DNA of 63,825 nucleotides, counting the filler, from Intoshia linei (lineage: Eukaryota; Animalia; Orthonectida), in assembly GCA_001642005.1 (NCBI GenBank). It is 8 parts of 8 records of this genome, joined end to end, with 100 filler letters (N's around TTAATTAATTAA, not from the genome) between each part and the next. Parts side by side here need not be neighbours in the genome. Positions count along the whole stretch, not along the records: positions 1 to 13,850 come from LWCA01000991.1; positions 13,951 to 36,676 come from LWCA01000582.1; 6 more parts are not named here. One strand, given 5' to 3'. Shown piece after piece: positions 1-17,046 of this stretch. Positions within the stretch are counted from its first letter, which is position 1. Each line of letters starts with the position of its first letter. The notes beneath the pieces were generated by a model. The model was not told where the DNA came from and made no database searches. It worked only from the letters and a program-made list of their open reading frames with translations. Both the position numbers and the translations under genes were made by a program.

Positions 1-135
1 TCACTATTATACCTAAGGATGTTCAAAAATATAATTTTTCATTTTTTTTGAGACCTTAATGTACAATATATATTAATAATATACCGATTAAATTTTTAAG
101 GTGAGATGCATCATTTTTATTGGTTTGAATTTAAC

Positions 136-3100
136 ATGGCTGTAATATTTATCACACAAGGATAATTTACAAGAAAAACAAATTTAATTATATTTTGTTA
201 AATAGAAAAATGAGGAAGAAAACGTGGAAATACAAAAAACGGACTTAAAAAAACCTAAAAAACTTAAAAAAAGTACAAAAAAATTAAAAAGAGTTGGATC
301 TAAAAACAAATCAGTAAGCTCGTTAAAATCAAAGTTACATAACTTTAGGGTAAATCAACTAAGGTTAAATCAACGAGAAAAAGTAAAAAACGGTATTATC
401 ACAAATTACGATATTATCATATGTAACCAGAATATGGTGATTTTGGTTCTGGTTAAAAAATGTAAAATTCAAACTAACTATACCAGGGGTTCCCACAATT
501 TTTTCACGACGGACCGGTAATAAATTATAAAATTTATCGCGGACATTATAGCAAAATTACTAGACAACTTTAAAAAAAATTTGATAAAAAACGTAATAAC
601 TTGACTCTTAATTAGTAAAAAATTTTCACGGAGTAGTACTGGTCGCAGACCGGCATTTGGGAAACGCTGAAATATACAATTACAAATATATTTTATAATT
701 ATAAAAAATTGTATTAATGTATGATACATTACGTAAGAATTGTACTTATTATAATATATTTATTGATATACATGTTATCAGGAAAATAAAATGCAATGAT
801 TTGAAAGAATTTGAGGCGGACATGATTTCTGATACCGACTGCCCTGAAGGATCGTCTAGCCATATGATATATTGTCAAAGCAAAAGTCATGATTCAAAAT
901 TGTTGCATGTTGAAATGCCAAGTATGCTGATTTATAAAAATTATATATACTGTAATAATAACAATATTTAGATAATTTTAAATCAATAAACAAGAACGAA
1001 TACTTACTGAATGAAGAATTGAAAAGACAAGCATATTTAAAATATGAAGAAGAGTACATAAATGATGGCGAGCAAATGGTACACTTTAAATCAACAATCG
1101 GATTAAAATTTTATGATTTATTTCGATCTCTGCAAAGTTTTTTATTTGGACTTTTGGCGGGATCAATGTTTTTGTTTGTTTTGAGTATATGGATTATATC
1201 AGTTAAAACAAAAAATGATTTTATATGGACTTGGCTGTATTCCAATTATTCTTTGACATTTGGTAGTATCCTTTATTTGTTTATGGCTGCTTCAACAATT
1301 TACACATACGACAAGTAATTTTTTTAATTGGACATAAACTATTAACAATTGTAAATACTGTGATCGCTCTGAAAACTGACCACTTTTGATGACAAGTGAC
1401 TACGCTTTGGAAGGTTTTGATTTAGTCAAATTAATTGATGTTTTCATACAAAATTAAAATTAATAAATTAGGTATGACCATATCAGTTCTATATATGTTC
1501 ACTACTTTGATCTCTCGTGTATATTGTTCATGATAGCTATTTATGTCTAGTTAATAATTATAATTTTTGTTCAACAGTGCCTCATAGTGAACAATCTAAC
1601 ATGAGACGGAAATTTTGTTCATGATTGTCAGGTTTTCTATAACTCCTTTCTCTCATTTAATAGTATTTTATATCAAGCTTTTAAAATTGTTTAATTATTT
1701 AAACCCGCTAATACAATTAATTTAGATACGATGTAATTAAACTGTCCAAAAAGTTTATAATAAAATCCATCACATTCCAAAATGGATCTTTGAGTTGTTT
1801 ATTAATGACAATAGCAATATTATTAAATCTGAGTGGTCGCCCCGTGGAAGAAAAAATATACCGTGCATTTAACAATACAAGTTGCCACCAAATTATTCTA
1901 GGAGATTTTTTACCAATTGTACATAATTCGCAGTTTTGGCTTAATTGCAACCCTAATTTTATCAATTTTAATGAAAGTCAAACAACTACGAAAAATGAAC
2001 ATTTACAAATATTCAATAATAACGTACGTATAATTTACATTATAGTATAACTAGGTTGACTGTTATGTACTACGTACAAACAGCACCTAGCTCTGCCGAG
2101 GGAACATTTTTAAAAATGAGAATTTGAGATTGAAAAATTGCGAAGGAATGAATTATATAGATTTTCAACCATATTTCTTTTTCGAAATGTGTAGACGTTC
2201 AATGCACATTTTCAATTTTTATTTTAATCGAAATATTTGAAAAATATTGGTTGATAATATATTAAAAATAATTTTTCACCGGGAATGCGTAGATTTCAGG
2301 GGTTGAAATTTGGTATTTATATCAACTGGCATAAGCTTTATCAGAATAATCTTTTTTTTTAATTTTCGGACTAATGTTAATTATTTCACAGTTTTTATTT
2401 TAATAAAATATATGAATACTAAAATGATTTTTTCACCGTGAAAGCGTCACTTATTCAGATTGAAATTTTTTGTGTGTGTTAACAGGATACAACTGTACTA
2501 CCTGTAAATTTTTTGAAATTCTAGGGCTGTTTTCATAAAAAAAGAAGGGTAATCATTAAATATATTTAAATTCTAGGGCTGTTTTCATTAAAAAAAAGGG
2601 TAATTTGGGGTTTTGACACTGAAGATATATTTTTTTTAAACTTAAATATATGATAATATTTATGATTTTAAATTTCATATTGAATAATTTTATCATACAA
2701 TATTATAAAAAATTTGGAATTAAGTACTAAAAAAGTATACATTCAATATGGTTTAACTTTAATGATGATTGCATTCAAATCATGAAATTATGATAAAAGT
2801 ACTATAAAAAGTTTTATGACCTTTTTGCAAAGACTATCTGGGATACTGTGAAGATTAAATGTTATATTATTAAAAAGTTGAACACTCAGTTGAGCGATAT
2901 AATCATCGATTTTGTTAATTAATCATAAATTATGATTAATTAATTAATATTATGATTCATAATATTAATTTTTTGATAATATTTTTGGGGTTTCTTTAAT
3001 GACAATGACCAACATTTTGTAGGATTTTGAAGGAATATTTTATTGGATATTCAAAATCTTTAAAAAATGGTAGAAAAAAGTATTCCCTTATTGTGTAAAA

Positions 3101-3604
3101 ATGTATGTCGATCCAGAGAATGAACTTCCATTAAAAAAGGAGAAATATCGAAAAATTATGTATTCATGGCACATCATGTATAATATAACTTGAGATTAAT
3201 TATAATTTTCAAATGAGAATGAATTTAAAATTTTAATCAGATGGGCGATACCAAATTTGGAACCGCATCGCAGCTTGCCCAATATCATCTGTACAATGTA
3301 ATGTCTATTACCCATTGACAGTGGGTATTATAAGTAACTGTACTTAGTACAGTATGAAATTTAACATTTGCTACAATTTTTAAATTTTATTAACAATGTA
3401 ATATATCAATCAATCATTATTTTATCAAAACTGATAAATTCTAACGGATTTTAGGATATTGATACTCAAATGTATTTGCTCAAGATTATATATTCTGTCA
3501 AAGGAGGAATAATATTGTTGGCGTGGTTCTTAATATCAAACAGCTGGAACGATCAATTACGAAATGCAATGACAAAATCTAATGGAGCAATATTGCCATT
3601 ATAA
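136..3604 (+). CDS. TMEM237: TMEM237-like ciliary transition-zone membrane protein (7 exons: 136-141, 206-313, 349-392, 782-921, 972-1314, 1726-2023, 3455-3604)
   Basis: Phase-consistent GT-AG exons give a Lys-rich N-terminus then four hydrophobic segments. FRSLQSFLFGLLAG...LYLFMAASTIYTYDK...LSCLLMTIAILLNLS...IILLAWFLIS parallels the TMEM237 pattern (HGFLAG...LYLLLALSTISAFDR...LSWLFLS). Confidence 0.75.
484..669. mobile_element. hAT (Charlie/Buster-type) MITE in TMEM237 intron 3
   Basis: TIRs CAGGGGTTCCCA / TGGGAAACGCTG; 8-bp TSD aactatac / aaatatac. Confidence 0.75.
2051..2700 (-). mobile_element. Non-autonomous Helitron-like repeat family, copy carrying the CTAG terminus (right boundary approximate)
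   Basis: Terminal a|CTAG plus palindrome CTAGGTTGACTGTTATGTAC-TAC-GTACAAACAGCACCTAG. The body recurs at ~13376-13570, 37613-38272, 42075-42960 and 63060-63460; the terminus recurs at 31297 and, degenerate, at 28596. Confidence 0.65.
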
Positions 3605-4645
3605 AAAAAAGTGAAATTAATTCAGCATTAAACCATTTACATAAATTAGCTTTCCGACACATGGTTCGCAATATGTAATGACCTATTAATTGAAAATCAA
3701 TTTTTAATAACAACTACATTTCGTTTTTTGAGTTAAAAAAGCAATTAAATTTTATAAAAATCGATTTTCAATTCGGAAGTAGAATTAAAGCATTGAAACG
3801 CATACTATGCTTTGACTGCAAAATGACATTTGGGAAAAGTATTAATTATCAAACTATGGAGTTGCAATATGTCAAGATTCAAGTTTTTTAATCATCTATT
3901 ACACAGAATATTGCAATACACAAAAAAAGTGCACACTCTAACAATTCAATATTGCTATAATAATCATGTTCATTTCAATTTTCCGTCACATTCAAACTAA
4001 TATCGATATTTATGATTAATTTATCACTATCCTGATCCAACTATTGGTACTGCTAGGGAATTAGTAGCAATTAATTAATATACAATTTCAGTGCAAGACA
4101 ATTAAAAGTTATGGTTAATACAATTATACTGATAAATATCTAATATAAAAGTTTAAATTAAATGCAAGTATTACATTGATAAAGCGAATAAAAATTAAAC
4201 GCAAATAATAATTTTTTATAATTTATAATCAATTCAAACTTTATATACCCATGATTTGTATGTTAAATCAATATCGTTAATACATACAACTTTTAATAAA
4301 TTAAATCAAGCTATAATTTGGACTAAATCAACTAAAATCTTGTAATTTGTAAAAATTGGGTTTGGACAATTATTGAATTTCAAGAATATGGGAAAATTTC
4401 TAAGCAAATTGAAATGTTGGCAAACTGGTAATAACAATTAAATTATTTATATTTATTTTAGAAAAACAAATAGAACCATCGACAGAAAATCTTGATCTTG
4501 TCGGTAATTCAAAAAAATTAAATATACCAGAAATCCGTATATCTCAACCATCTGAAGAATCCATTCAATCCAAAACCCAACTAAACACCGAATAAATCGA
4601 TATCCAAATGTAAAATAAATTTATTTATACAAATTTTTAATTTAC

Positions 4646-9808
<5,163 letters not shown>

Positions 9809-9927
9809 TCAAAAGTTAAAATTTTTTCTGTTTTAACTGCTGTTTTAAAATTTAAATAAAAAGTTACTATCTATTTAAATAGCATTGCGATGGATATTGA
9901 AAGATTTATTTGCTGATAATATTTTAA
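9809..9927. promoter_or_regulatory. Putative bidirectional promoter between AFG3L2 and the TMED gene
   Basis: Divergent ATGs are only 119 bp apart (9808 on -, 9928 on +). Confidence 0.55.
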
Positions 9928-11629
9928 ATGATACGGTCGCTTTATTTCTTGTTTTTTATTGGTTTTATTTATGCAAAAGATTACCATTTTTCATTAATGG
10001 TTGAACCGCAAAAACAAGAATGCGTTTATGAAACTATAGAAAGAGATGGTGTTTTGTTCAATATTGATTATCAAATTATATCTGGAAATGATTACAGTGT
10101 GACTTTTACAATGACGGATATGGTAAGATCTGAATATATTGAACATTCTGAAGGTACAAACGAACTTTCCATTAGGTTATTCACATTAATTTTGTTTTCA
10201 TATTTTTAGTCACACAGTTAATTCCGGTTTATGCCGACTTTGTTGGATTAATAATGGCGTTAGAGGAATTACTGAACAAATATACGTTGATCTTCACACA
10301 GACGAAGAACAAGAAAAATATGATGATATTTATTCATCCATTGCTTCCCTCATTTCTCTAGATATTAAAGCACTTAAAGTAATTAAATATTCATTGATTA
10401 GTTGAGAGGTATTAAACGTTTTTTCTTTTACCACCATTTTCATTATATAATGTCATCTATTCTAAAATATTAAATTTGTTTATTAGGGTGTGCAGTGCAC
10501 ACTGCAGTTTTGTTTGAATTAATAAGAATATAATAACCGAGGCTTCGAAATATTGATAATTTATTTAAATAGTAATGGTAACCTAGGGCAGAGGTGGACA
10601 ACCTTGTAGTAGTAACGGTGGTAGAGGATGGTAACGGACCGCACACATTAAAAATTTAAATAGTAATTTAAATTGATTTTTTTATGTTAACTCTACTCAT
10701 AATTCATCCATTCTATAAAAAATTTTTTATCGTATCAAATAAATTTTCATCAAAGCACAAATAACCGTGTAAAATTAATTAACATGTACATTAGATAATT
10801 ACTGCCTACTGTTAGTATTTCGTAAAATGAAAGTCGATTAAAAAAATAAAAATTAAATCTATAAATAAGTAAATTTTTTTTAAAAAATTATGCGGGACGA
10901 ATGAAATCAGTTCGCGGGTCGTAGGTTGTCCATCCTTGATCTAGGGATAAAGTATAATACTATTAATTTATATTGAAAAATTCTTCATACCTTGGACCCC
11001 TGGTACCCCCCTGTTGATAAAATAAACTTTTCCAAAAATGTAGAGCAGTGTTTCTCACCTTTTGACCATTGTATGACTAGGTAACAATTAAAAAATAAAT
11101 AAAGCACATGCGAATAAAAATATAATTAAATTATATATTTGATCTGTGCTTACTGAAAATCTTTACTATAGCTATACATTTAATTTGTAGTATAAGATTT
11201 TGCTAGGAAAAGCTGCAATTTAAGAAAAAATATTGTTTCGGTACAAACAAAAAATATGATACACGTTTTGTATGAAATCGTTTTTATCACTTTTTAAATT
11301 TGACATCGAGCAAACCGGTTGAGAAACACTGACGTAGATTATGGCGAATTGTAGAGAAAATACTGTATTTAATTATAATTTATTTTTAGGAGGTCATTAA
11401 TCAAATTGTTGCCCATTTTCACCACATGGAACGTTATCAACATTACATGGATTCTATGTCATTAAGAGACACTTTTATTTTACGTAAAAATTTTACAAGA
11501 GTGAATTTCTGGTCCGCAATTCAAATTATTTTTATGCTTTGTTCTGCCATATTTCAAATAATGTTTATTCGTTATCTGTTTGGTGAATCTCCCATGAAAA
11601 ACAAGACTAGACAAAACATGAATGCATAA
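9928..11629 (+). CDS. p24/TMED GOLD-domain cargo receptor, TMED1/5-like (exons 9928-10175, 10210-10378, 11390-11629)
   Basis: Signal peptide; GOLD domain FSLMVEPQKQECVYE with second Cys in CRLCW; C-terminal RDTFILRKNFTRVNFWS...FQIMFIRYLF matches gamma-subfamily p24 proteins. Confidence 0.9.
10589..10938. mobile_element. hAT-Charlie-type MITE in TMED intron 2
   Basis: TIRs CAGAGGTGGACAACCT / AGGTTGTCCATCCTTG; TSD acctaggg / atctaggg. Confidence 0.75.
11046..11331. mobile_element. hAT-Charlie-type MITE in TMED intron 2
   Basis: TIRs CAGTGTTTCTCA / TGAGAAACACTG; TSD atgtagag / acgtagat. Confidence 0.75.
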
Positions 11630-11817
11630 GTAAATGCAATATATTTATTAAATTTTTAAATTTTGTTTTACAATATACTTTAAATATTGGTTCTTTTTTC
11701 GTGTCATATATTTCAAGTTTTCTTCGCTTTTCTTCCATAAAGATTTTATTTTTTCATTGTTTTTTATCATAATCGTATACTAGGATGTATAATATAAATT
11801 ATATAATCTAGTATGTA

Positions 11818-12180
11818 ATTTGGTAAATCGTTTTTGTTAAAAAAATATTGGAAAAAGCAGATTTTTTCATTAAGGGTTGGTCAAATGGTATTTTTTATTT
11901 TGGGGATTGATTAAGTTGATTTTTCTATAAGGTTTGTTAAAATTGAATTTTTCAAAAAAATATATTTTTATATTGGGTTTTGAATTCAAAAGTTGTTACT
12001 CATCAGATTTGGTTAAATCGTGTTTTTCAAAAAAATATTGAAGAAATCGGGTTTTTTATATTGGGTTTGATTAAATGGATTTTTCAAAAAAATATCGGTA
12101 AAAGTCGATTTTTCTCTTAGGGTTTGAAATTATATTTATTATTAAATTTTATTAATGGTGGGGTAAAAGTGGGATTTTTT
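11818..12180. repeat. Degenerate tandem repeat (about 30-60 bp units: gggttt-gattaaat-gatttttcaaaaaaatat)
   Basis: Repeated tttttcaaaaaaatat and ttgggttt/tagggttt blocks at semi-regular spacing. Confidence 0.55.
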
Positions 12181-12596
12181 AAATAATAATGTAGCGGTCG
12201 TCTAAGCTTTGTGATAAATTTCTCGTCACCCCATAAATGTATCATTAACAAATTATCACTGATAATTTGTCAAACTGGGTGATACGGTGTGAGAGTTCTA
12301 TAGGTAACTGAACATTTGTATTTGATAAATGAAAATTACTAAAATCACTACTATTATTAAATATATAAATTAAAAAAAATACTGGATATTCAAGAATGTG
12401 GATACATAAAAAGATTCCGAGCATAGAAATGGATTAAGAAAAAAGGTCTGAAATTTTTAAAAAAAATAGAAATATAACGTAACGTATAAGTATGCCACAG
12501 TAATTATGTTATTAAAAAATATTTTGAATACAATTTGTAAGATATGAAGTAATTTGTCTTAATAATATATCTATTACTAAGTTTAATAGATTGACA

Positions 12597-12644
12597 CAAG
12601 GACAGCTTAAACCTTAAACCATATTTTGGTTTAAGCTGTCCTTG
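12597..12644. mobile_element. 48-bp TIR-only micro-element
   Basis: Perfect 17-bp IRs CAAGGACAGCTTAAACC / GGTTTAAGCTGTCCTTG flanked by a perfect 7-bp direct repeat attgaca. Confidence 0.7.
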
Positions 12645-13850
12645 ATTGACAAAGAAATACTTTCAAAAAAAATACGGTCCCGCCATTAATGAATAATTTG
12701 GGAAATATGAATTTTTAAATAAAGGTTGAGAACTCCTAGTATATATGTTAAACCATAAAAGTTTGAATATTCTAATTAATTGTTTGTTACCTTTTCATTG
12801 ATTTTATCAAAATGTTTATTATTTTTTATGCAATTACAAGAACATGTTTTCATCTCTACGTCAGTTATTGATCTAAATAATTTTAATCCTAATAAATTGT
12901 AGAAATATTGATTAGGGTGACCTACGTTAAATTGAAAAATATATTATTATAAGCAAAGTTACCATTGTTCATATTTAAAGTAATACTAATAAACGCTGAA
13001 TATTTTCATGTAGTGCTTGAAAAAACTTTGATGCATAAAAAATGAATGTCATAATTTTTTTAGTTTTTAGATATAGTACAATAAATTATATACATGTAAC
13101 ATGCAAGTTACCACAAAAGCTAATTTGTGGTTAATTGAATCGTTAAATTGATTGCAATCAATTATTTTTCATCTCTGTTGACCAATGATAACTTTAAGTA
13201 ATTAACGAATAACAATATCGTCTATTTCTTGGATATAAATGATTAGTAATTACTCTGATAGAAAAATTGATAACCCTATTTTATAAAATTAAAAAAAAGA
13301 AGTTATTTTATAACTGTCAGTTTTGTATTTTAACTCTAATTCGATTTCCGGGAATCCAAAAACTGACGCCAATTTTTTTGTGTATTGTGTGTGATACGTA
13401 TCACACAGTAGGGGTGTTTCATTATATATCAATTATGGAAGAACTTAAAATCCTTTTAATTTTTTTATATTGAAGGAGTCACTTTATCAGATTGAAATTT
13501 TAAAGAGAAAAAAGATAATTGGGGTTTTTGACATTGAAGGACTCAATTTTTGAAAATGACATTTGCGATAAATGTCCATAAAAACAGTTCAATCCTAAAA
13601 ATTGTCATAAATAGCATAAATTCCAGCAAAATAAAATTATAAACTATTTTGTTATTTTGAGTGTGATGATATATATTCAGAACCAATTTAATAAATACTT
13701 ACAAATACCAATTGTGTATCAATAATTAATAGAATAATTAATTTTAACATTATTGCAAAGGATTGTAATATAAAAATGATTGATGTTAAAAATGTATCCA
13801 TACTTTTGGCCTTTTTTCTTGTGAATGTTATTTTTCTTTTTAGCATTTTC

Positions 13851-13950
13851 NNNNNNNNNNNNNNNNNNNNNNNNNNNNNNNNNNNNNNNNNNNNTTAATT
13901 AATTAANNNNNNNNNNNNNNNNNNNNNNNNNNNNNNNNNNNNNNNNNNNN
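13851..13950. other. Artificial contig spacer
   Basis: 44 N + TTAATTAATTAA (stops in all six frames) + 44 N. Confidence 0.98.
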
Positions 13951-15146
13951 TCATTGTTTTATGTAGTAAAAGGTTAAATCCCAATATAATTATGGATATT
14001 ACTTCTAAAATTGCTAATTCCATCAGGGCTAAAGCACTTCAAAGGCGTCTTTTCAAAAGTCAATCTGAAGAAAACCGTGAATTAGTTTTACACACAAACG
14101 TACGATCGCTCAACAGAAGTGTATTTTTGGAAAGATTTATCATTTTATTATACGATATTAAAATATTTCTTCGGAATCGGAATGATAATTATGCAGAACT
14201 CTATGATAAACAATGGCTATGTGAATTATCGTTTTTAGTAGATTTTACGGGAATATTGACTATGTTGAATCGAGAATTACAAGGGAAAAATAAAACGTTA
14301 ATAGATATGATAAATATTGATTCTTTTAAAAACACAATTCCTTTAATAATTAATGATCTCAATATAAAAAAAATTTAAATATTTTTCCAATATCACCAAT
14401 TTTTGTAAAAATAACCCTGATGCTAATATTAATTGTAATAAATTTATTACTGAAATAAAAATTATTCAGATTTCAACAGCAGATTCAGTGATTTTCAGAA
14501 AATAAAAGACATATTAGAATATTTAATTAATCTTTCAAATCTGAATTAAATACAAGTTATATTTAAAAAAAAATCAGTCATTTGATTTTGATTACAATGA
14601 AACAGAATTGAAAATTGTATCATTGAAATCTGATTTATTGTTAAGGGTTTATTCTATGGATAACGATTTCTGCAAATATTTATCAAAAGAGAAATACAAT
14701 ATAAGTAGGATGTGTTCAGAATATGTTCAATCATGTTTCGGTTCGACATACTTATGCGAATCAGCGTTTTCTGTAATGAACTCAATAAAATCAAAAAATC
14801 GGTCGTCCCTTACTGATAAAAACTTGGAAAATTTAATGAAATTATCCTTGTCAAATTACACTCCTAATTTTAATAAACTAGTAAATTACACAAAAATACA
14901 ACCATCTCATTAATGATTAAAAGTAAATATTTCAACTAATTATTAATTAATATAAATATTTTAGTAATGCAACAAAACATTTGGATTTTTTTAACTATGA
15001 AGTGTATTCAATTTATATAATAAAATTTTATTATTTTTTAATTTGTATTATAATGTCCTATTACTTATTAAATTTCTGTATAGTCGATCGCTAGTATTTA
15101 AAAAAATATAAAGTCGATCTCTAAAAAATCAAGTTGGCCAGCTCTG
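13951..15146 (+). mobile_element. Decayed hAT (Buster/SPIN/GTF2IRD2-like) transposon, 3' half
   Basis: IRAKALQRRLFK, WLCELSFLVDFT...LNRELQGK and dimerisation motif FGSTYLCESAFSVMNSIKSKNRSSLTD, with frameshifts; 3' TIR AAGTTGGCCAGCTCTG and AGTCGATC subterminal repeats. Confidence 0.9.
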
Positions 15147-15490
15147 GTATAGATCCTAGACTTCATAACGTTTGAAAAAAACTTCGATTTAGATTCGATC
15201 TAAATTTTAGATTAAATTGAGTCAAGTTTTAGTGAATTTTTATGGGAATAAAGGTCAGTTGAACGTTTAATCATGAATATTAAATTAATATTATTTTCAT
15301 TTAAGGTTCAAGAAAAGTTACATTATATCTTCAAAAAGGTTTTACCAATTATATTGCAAATTTTAATCAATATATAAATAATATTTAGATAAATGTGAAT
15401 GAACTGATTTGATTATTATTTTTTACAGCAAATGTAAATAAAGTTTAGTATAATATTTAATTGCTCAAGATTAGTTTTTTCAAGTTTACT

Positions 15491-15767
15491 ATGATGTCCA
15501 ACTCGAAAGACATTGCTGGATTTAAATTATATAAAGATCCATTTTACATTATGGCTTGCGGGGGGATTTTTAGAACCATAAATTCATATAAATTTAGCTG
15601 TTATTCTCACATCCGGATCCTTAATTAATGGACTAAGATCATTTGTAAAAAATGATTCTACTCGTCAGAACAAATATATGATGCTCCGTTGTGGATTTCA
15701 ATTTTTAGCCATAAGTTTATTATACCTTTCTGATAAAAGGAAAAAAAAATTTATACGCAATAAATAG
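15491..15767 (+). CDS. HIG1-domain family member (HIGD2A/HIGD1A-like), 2 exons, second exon from 15598
   Basis: KDPFYIM...VILTSGSLINGLRSFVKNDSTRQNKYMMLRCGFQFLAI follows the HIG1 consensus (ENPxVPIG..T...L..GL.SF..G....SQ.MMR.R...Q); absent from the ORF track. Donor site is non-canonical. Confidence 0.8.
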
Positions 15768-16119
15768 TGTACATTATAATTAAAATTTTATCATATAAAA
15801 TAATTTTTTCGTCACATAAAGCTTAAAATTTCATTCGCTTAATGTGTAGTCAATGTTGAAAAAGTAAGTAATTTTTAACTTTTTGAATCAATCATTTTCT
15901 CAAAAATTATTATTTTTTCAAAATTGTTTTATGTCTAATATCATTTCACTTATCATTAGCCCCGTAGAGAGGACTAGGGTAATATGATCGGCTTCGGTTA
16001 TCAGCGGGCTAAATATTTCTCGATATGTCATTCAAGAATCTAAATTTCCTAATTATGGCAAAATTTTATATTGATAAACCAATGAATTATGTGTAAATCA
16101 CAAGACGCTCATTTAAAAA

Positions 16120-16649
16120 TTGAAGTTATTTGAATTTAAATTTAAACCTTTGTGGGCCCATTTATTTAAACTTACCAATTTTGCTATTTTAATCATACTT
16201 TGTATATACAAAGTTGACTATATAGTTTTTAGATTTCAGATTAAGCAATGGATAATGGACCAATATTCTTTTAATTTGTATAAGCGACCTCACAATTATC
16301 ATTTACAGCATCATGGTATCCACTCTTGGAATTTCACGGCCCTGGTTATCGTAAATTATATTTTCATATCAAATGTAGAAACTTACAAATCTACACATAT
16401 GTAAAGTTTAAGTCAAATTTAAATAATTAATTTTAGATGAAACAAGATTATCTATAAAACGAAAATTCGTAATGGACAATCACATATTGTTTTATATTTT
16501 AAACGCCGCTGATATTTTGTATTCAATCTTTATATTAGATAAAGGAAACTTTTTTTGCGGATAAATATAGCAATATTCTTCCTAGATCATTGAAATATAA
16601 TCTATGCCTTTTTGGAGTTTCTTACGATTATCATCGGATCCCCTTTTGA
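16120..16649 (+). CDS. Hypothetical spliced protein; 5' end unresolved
   Basis: Phase-consistent short GT-AG introns join ...FQIKQWIMDQY...ALVI|KLTNLHI|YETRLSIKRKF|IKETFFADKYSNILPRSLKYNLCLFGVSYDYHRIPF*; no recognisable family. Confidence 0.3.
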
Positions 16650-17046
16650 GAATCAATGGTATAAATTAGATCAGAGTGAAAGTTTATTGACAATTATTAA
16701 TTAAACTCAATTGAATTTAATTAATTTATAAATGATACATTTGTTTTATGATATACTCTTTTCTAGATTTTTACAATGAAATATTCTTTGCTGGAATTTT
16801 TCGAGACGTAGTCGAGGCAGTGATCTATTAAAACATTGCTATTGGTTATGATGATAATTTGAAAAGAAACATTCAGGATTGTACAAGTTTTGAATTTTGT
16901 TTTCTTGTTGACATGAATCACCAGAGTGCAAACAATGACCAGCTTTTGGACGCAAGTGTAAAATTAATATTTTGGTAAATATTGACATAATTTTTCATTA
17001 ATTTGTATAGCATTTAAGTTAAAAAATTGAATAATCTCAAATAAAG

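Noticed and set aside
11818-12180. Repeat array as CRISPR or telomeric repeat
   Set aside because: Units are degenerate with no identical repeats or unique spacers, there are no cas genes, the context is eukaryotic, and there is no true TTAGGG tandem array.
15930-16012. Hammerhead ribozyme or RNase MRP on the minus strand (CUGAUAA; ACGGGGCUAA)
   Set aside because: No stem II/GAAA for a hammerhead, and no GAAAGUCCCC partner for the MRP P4 helix.
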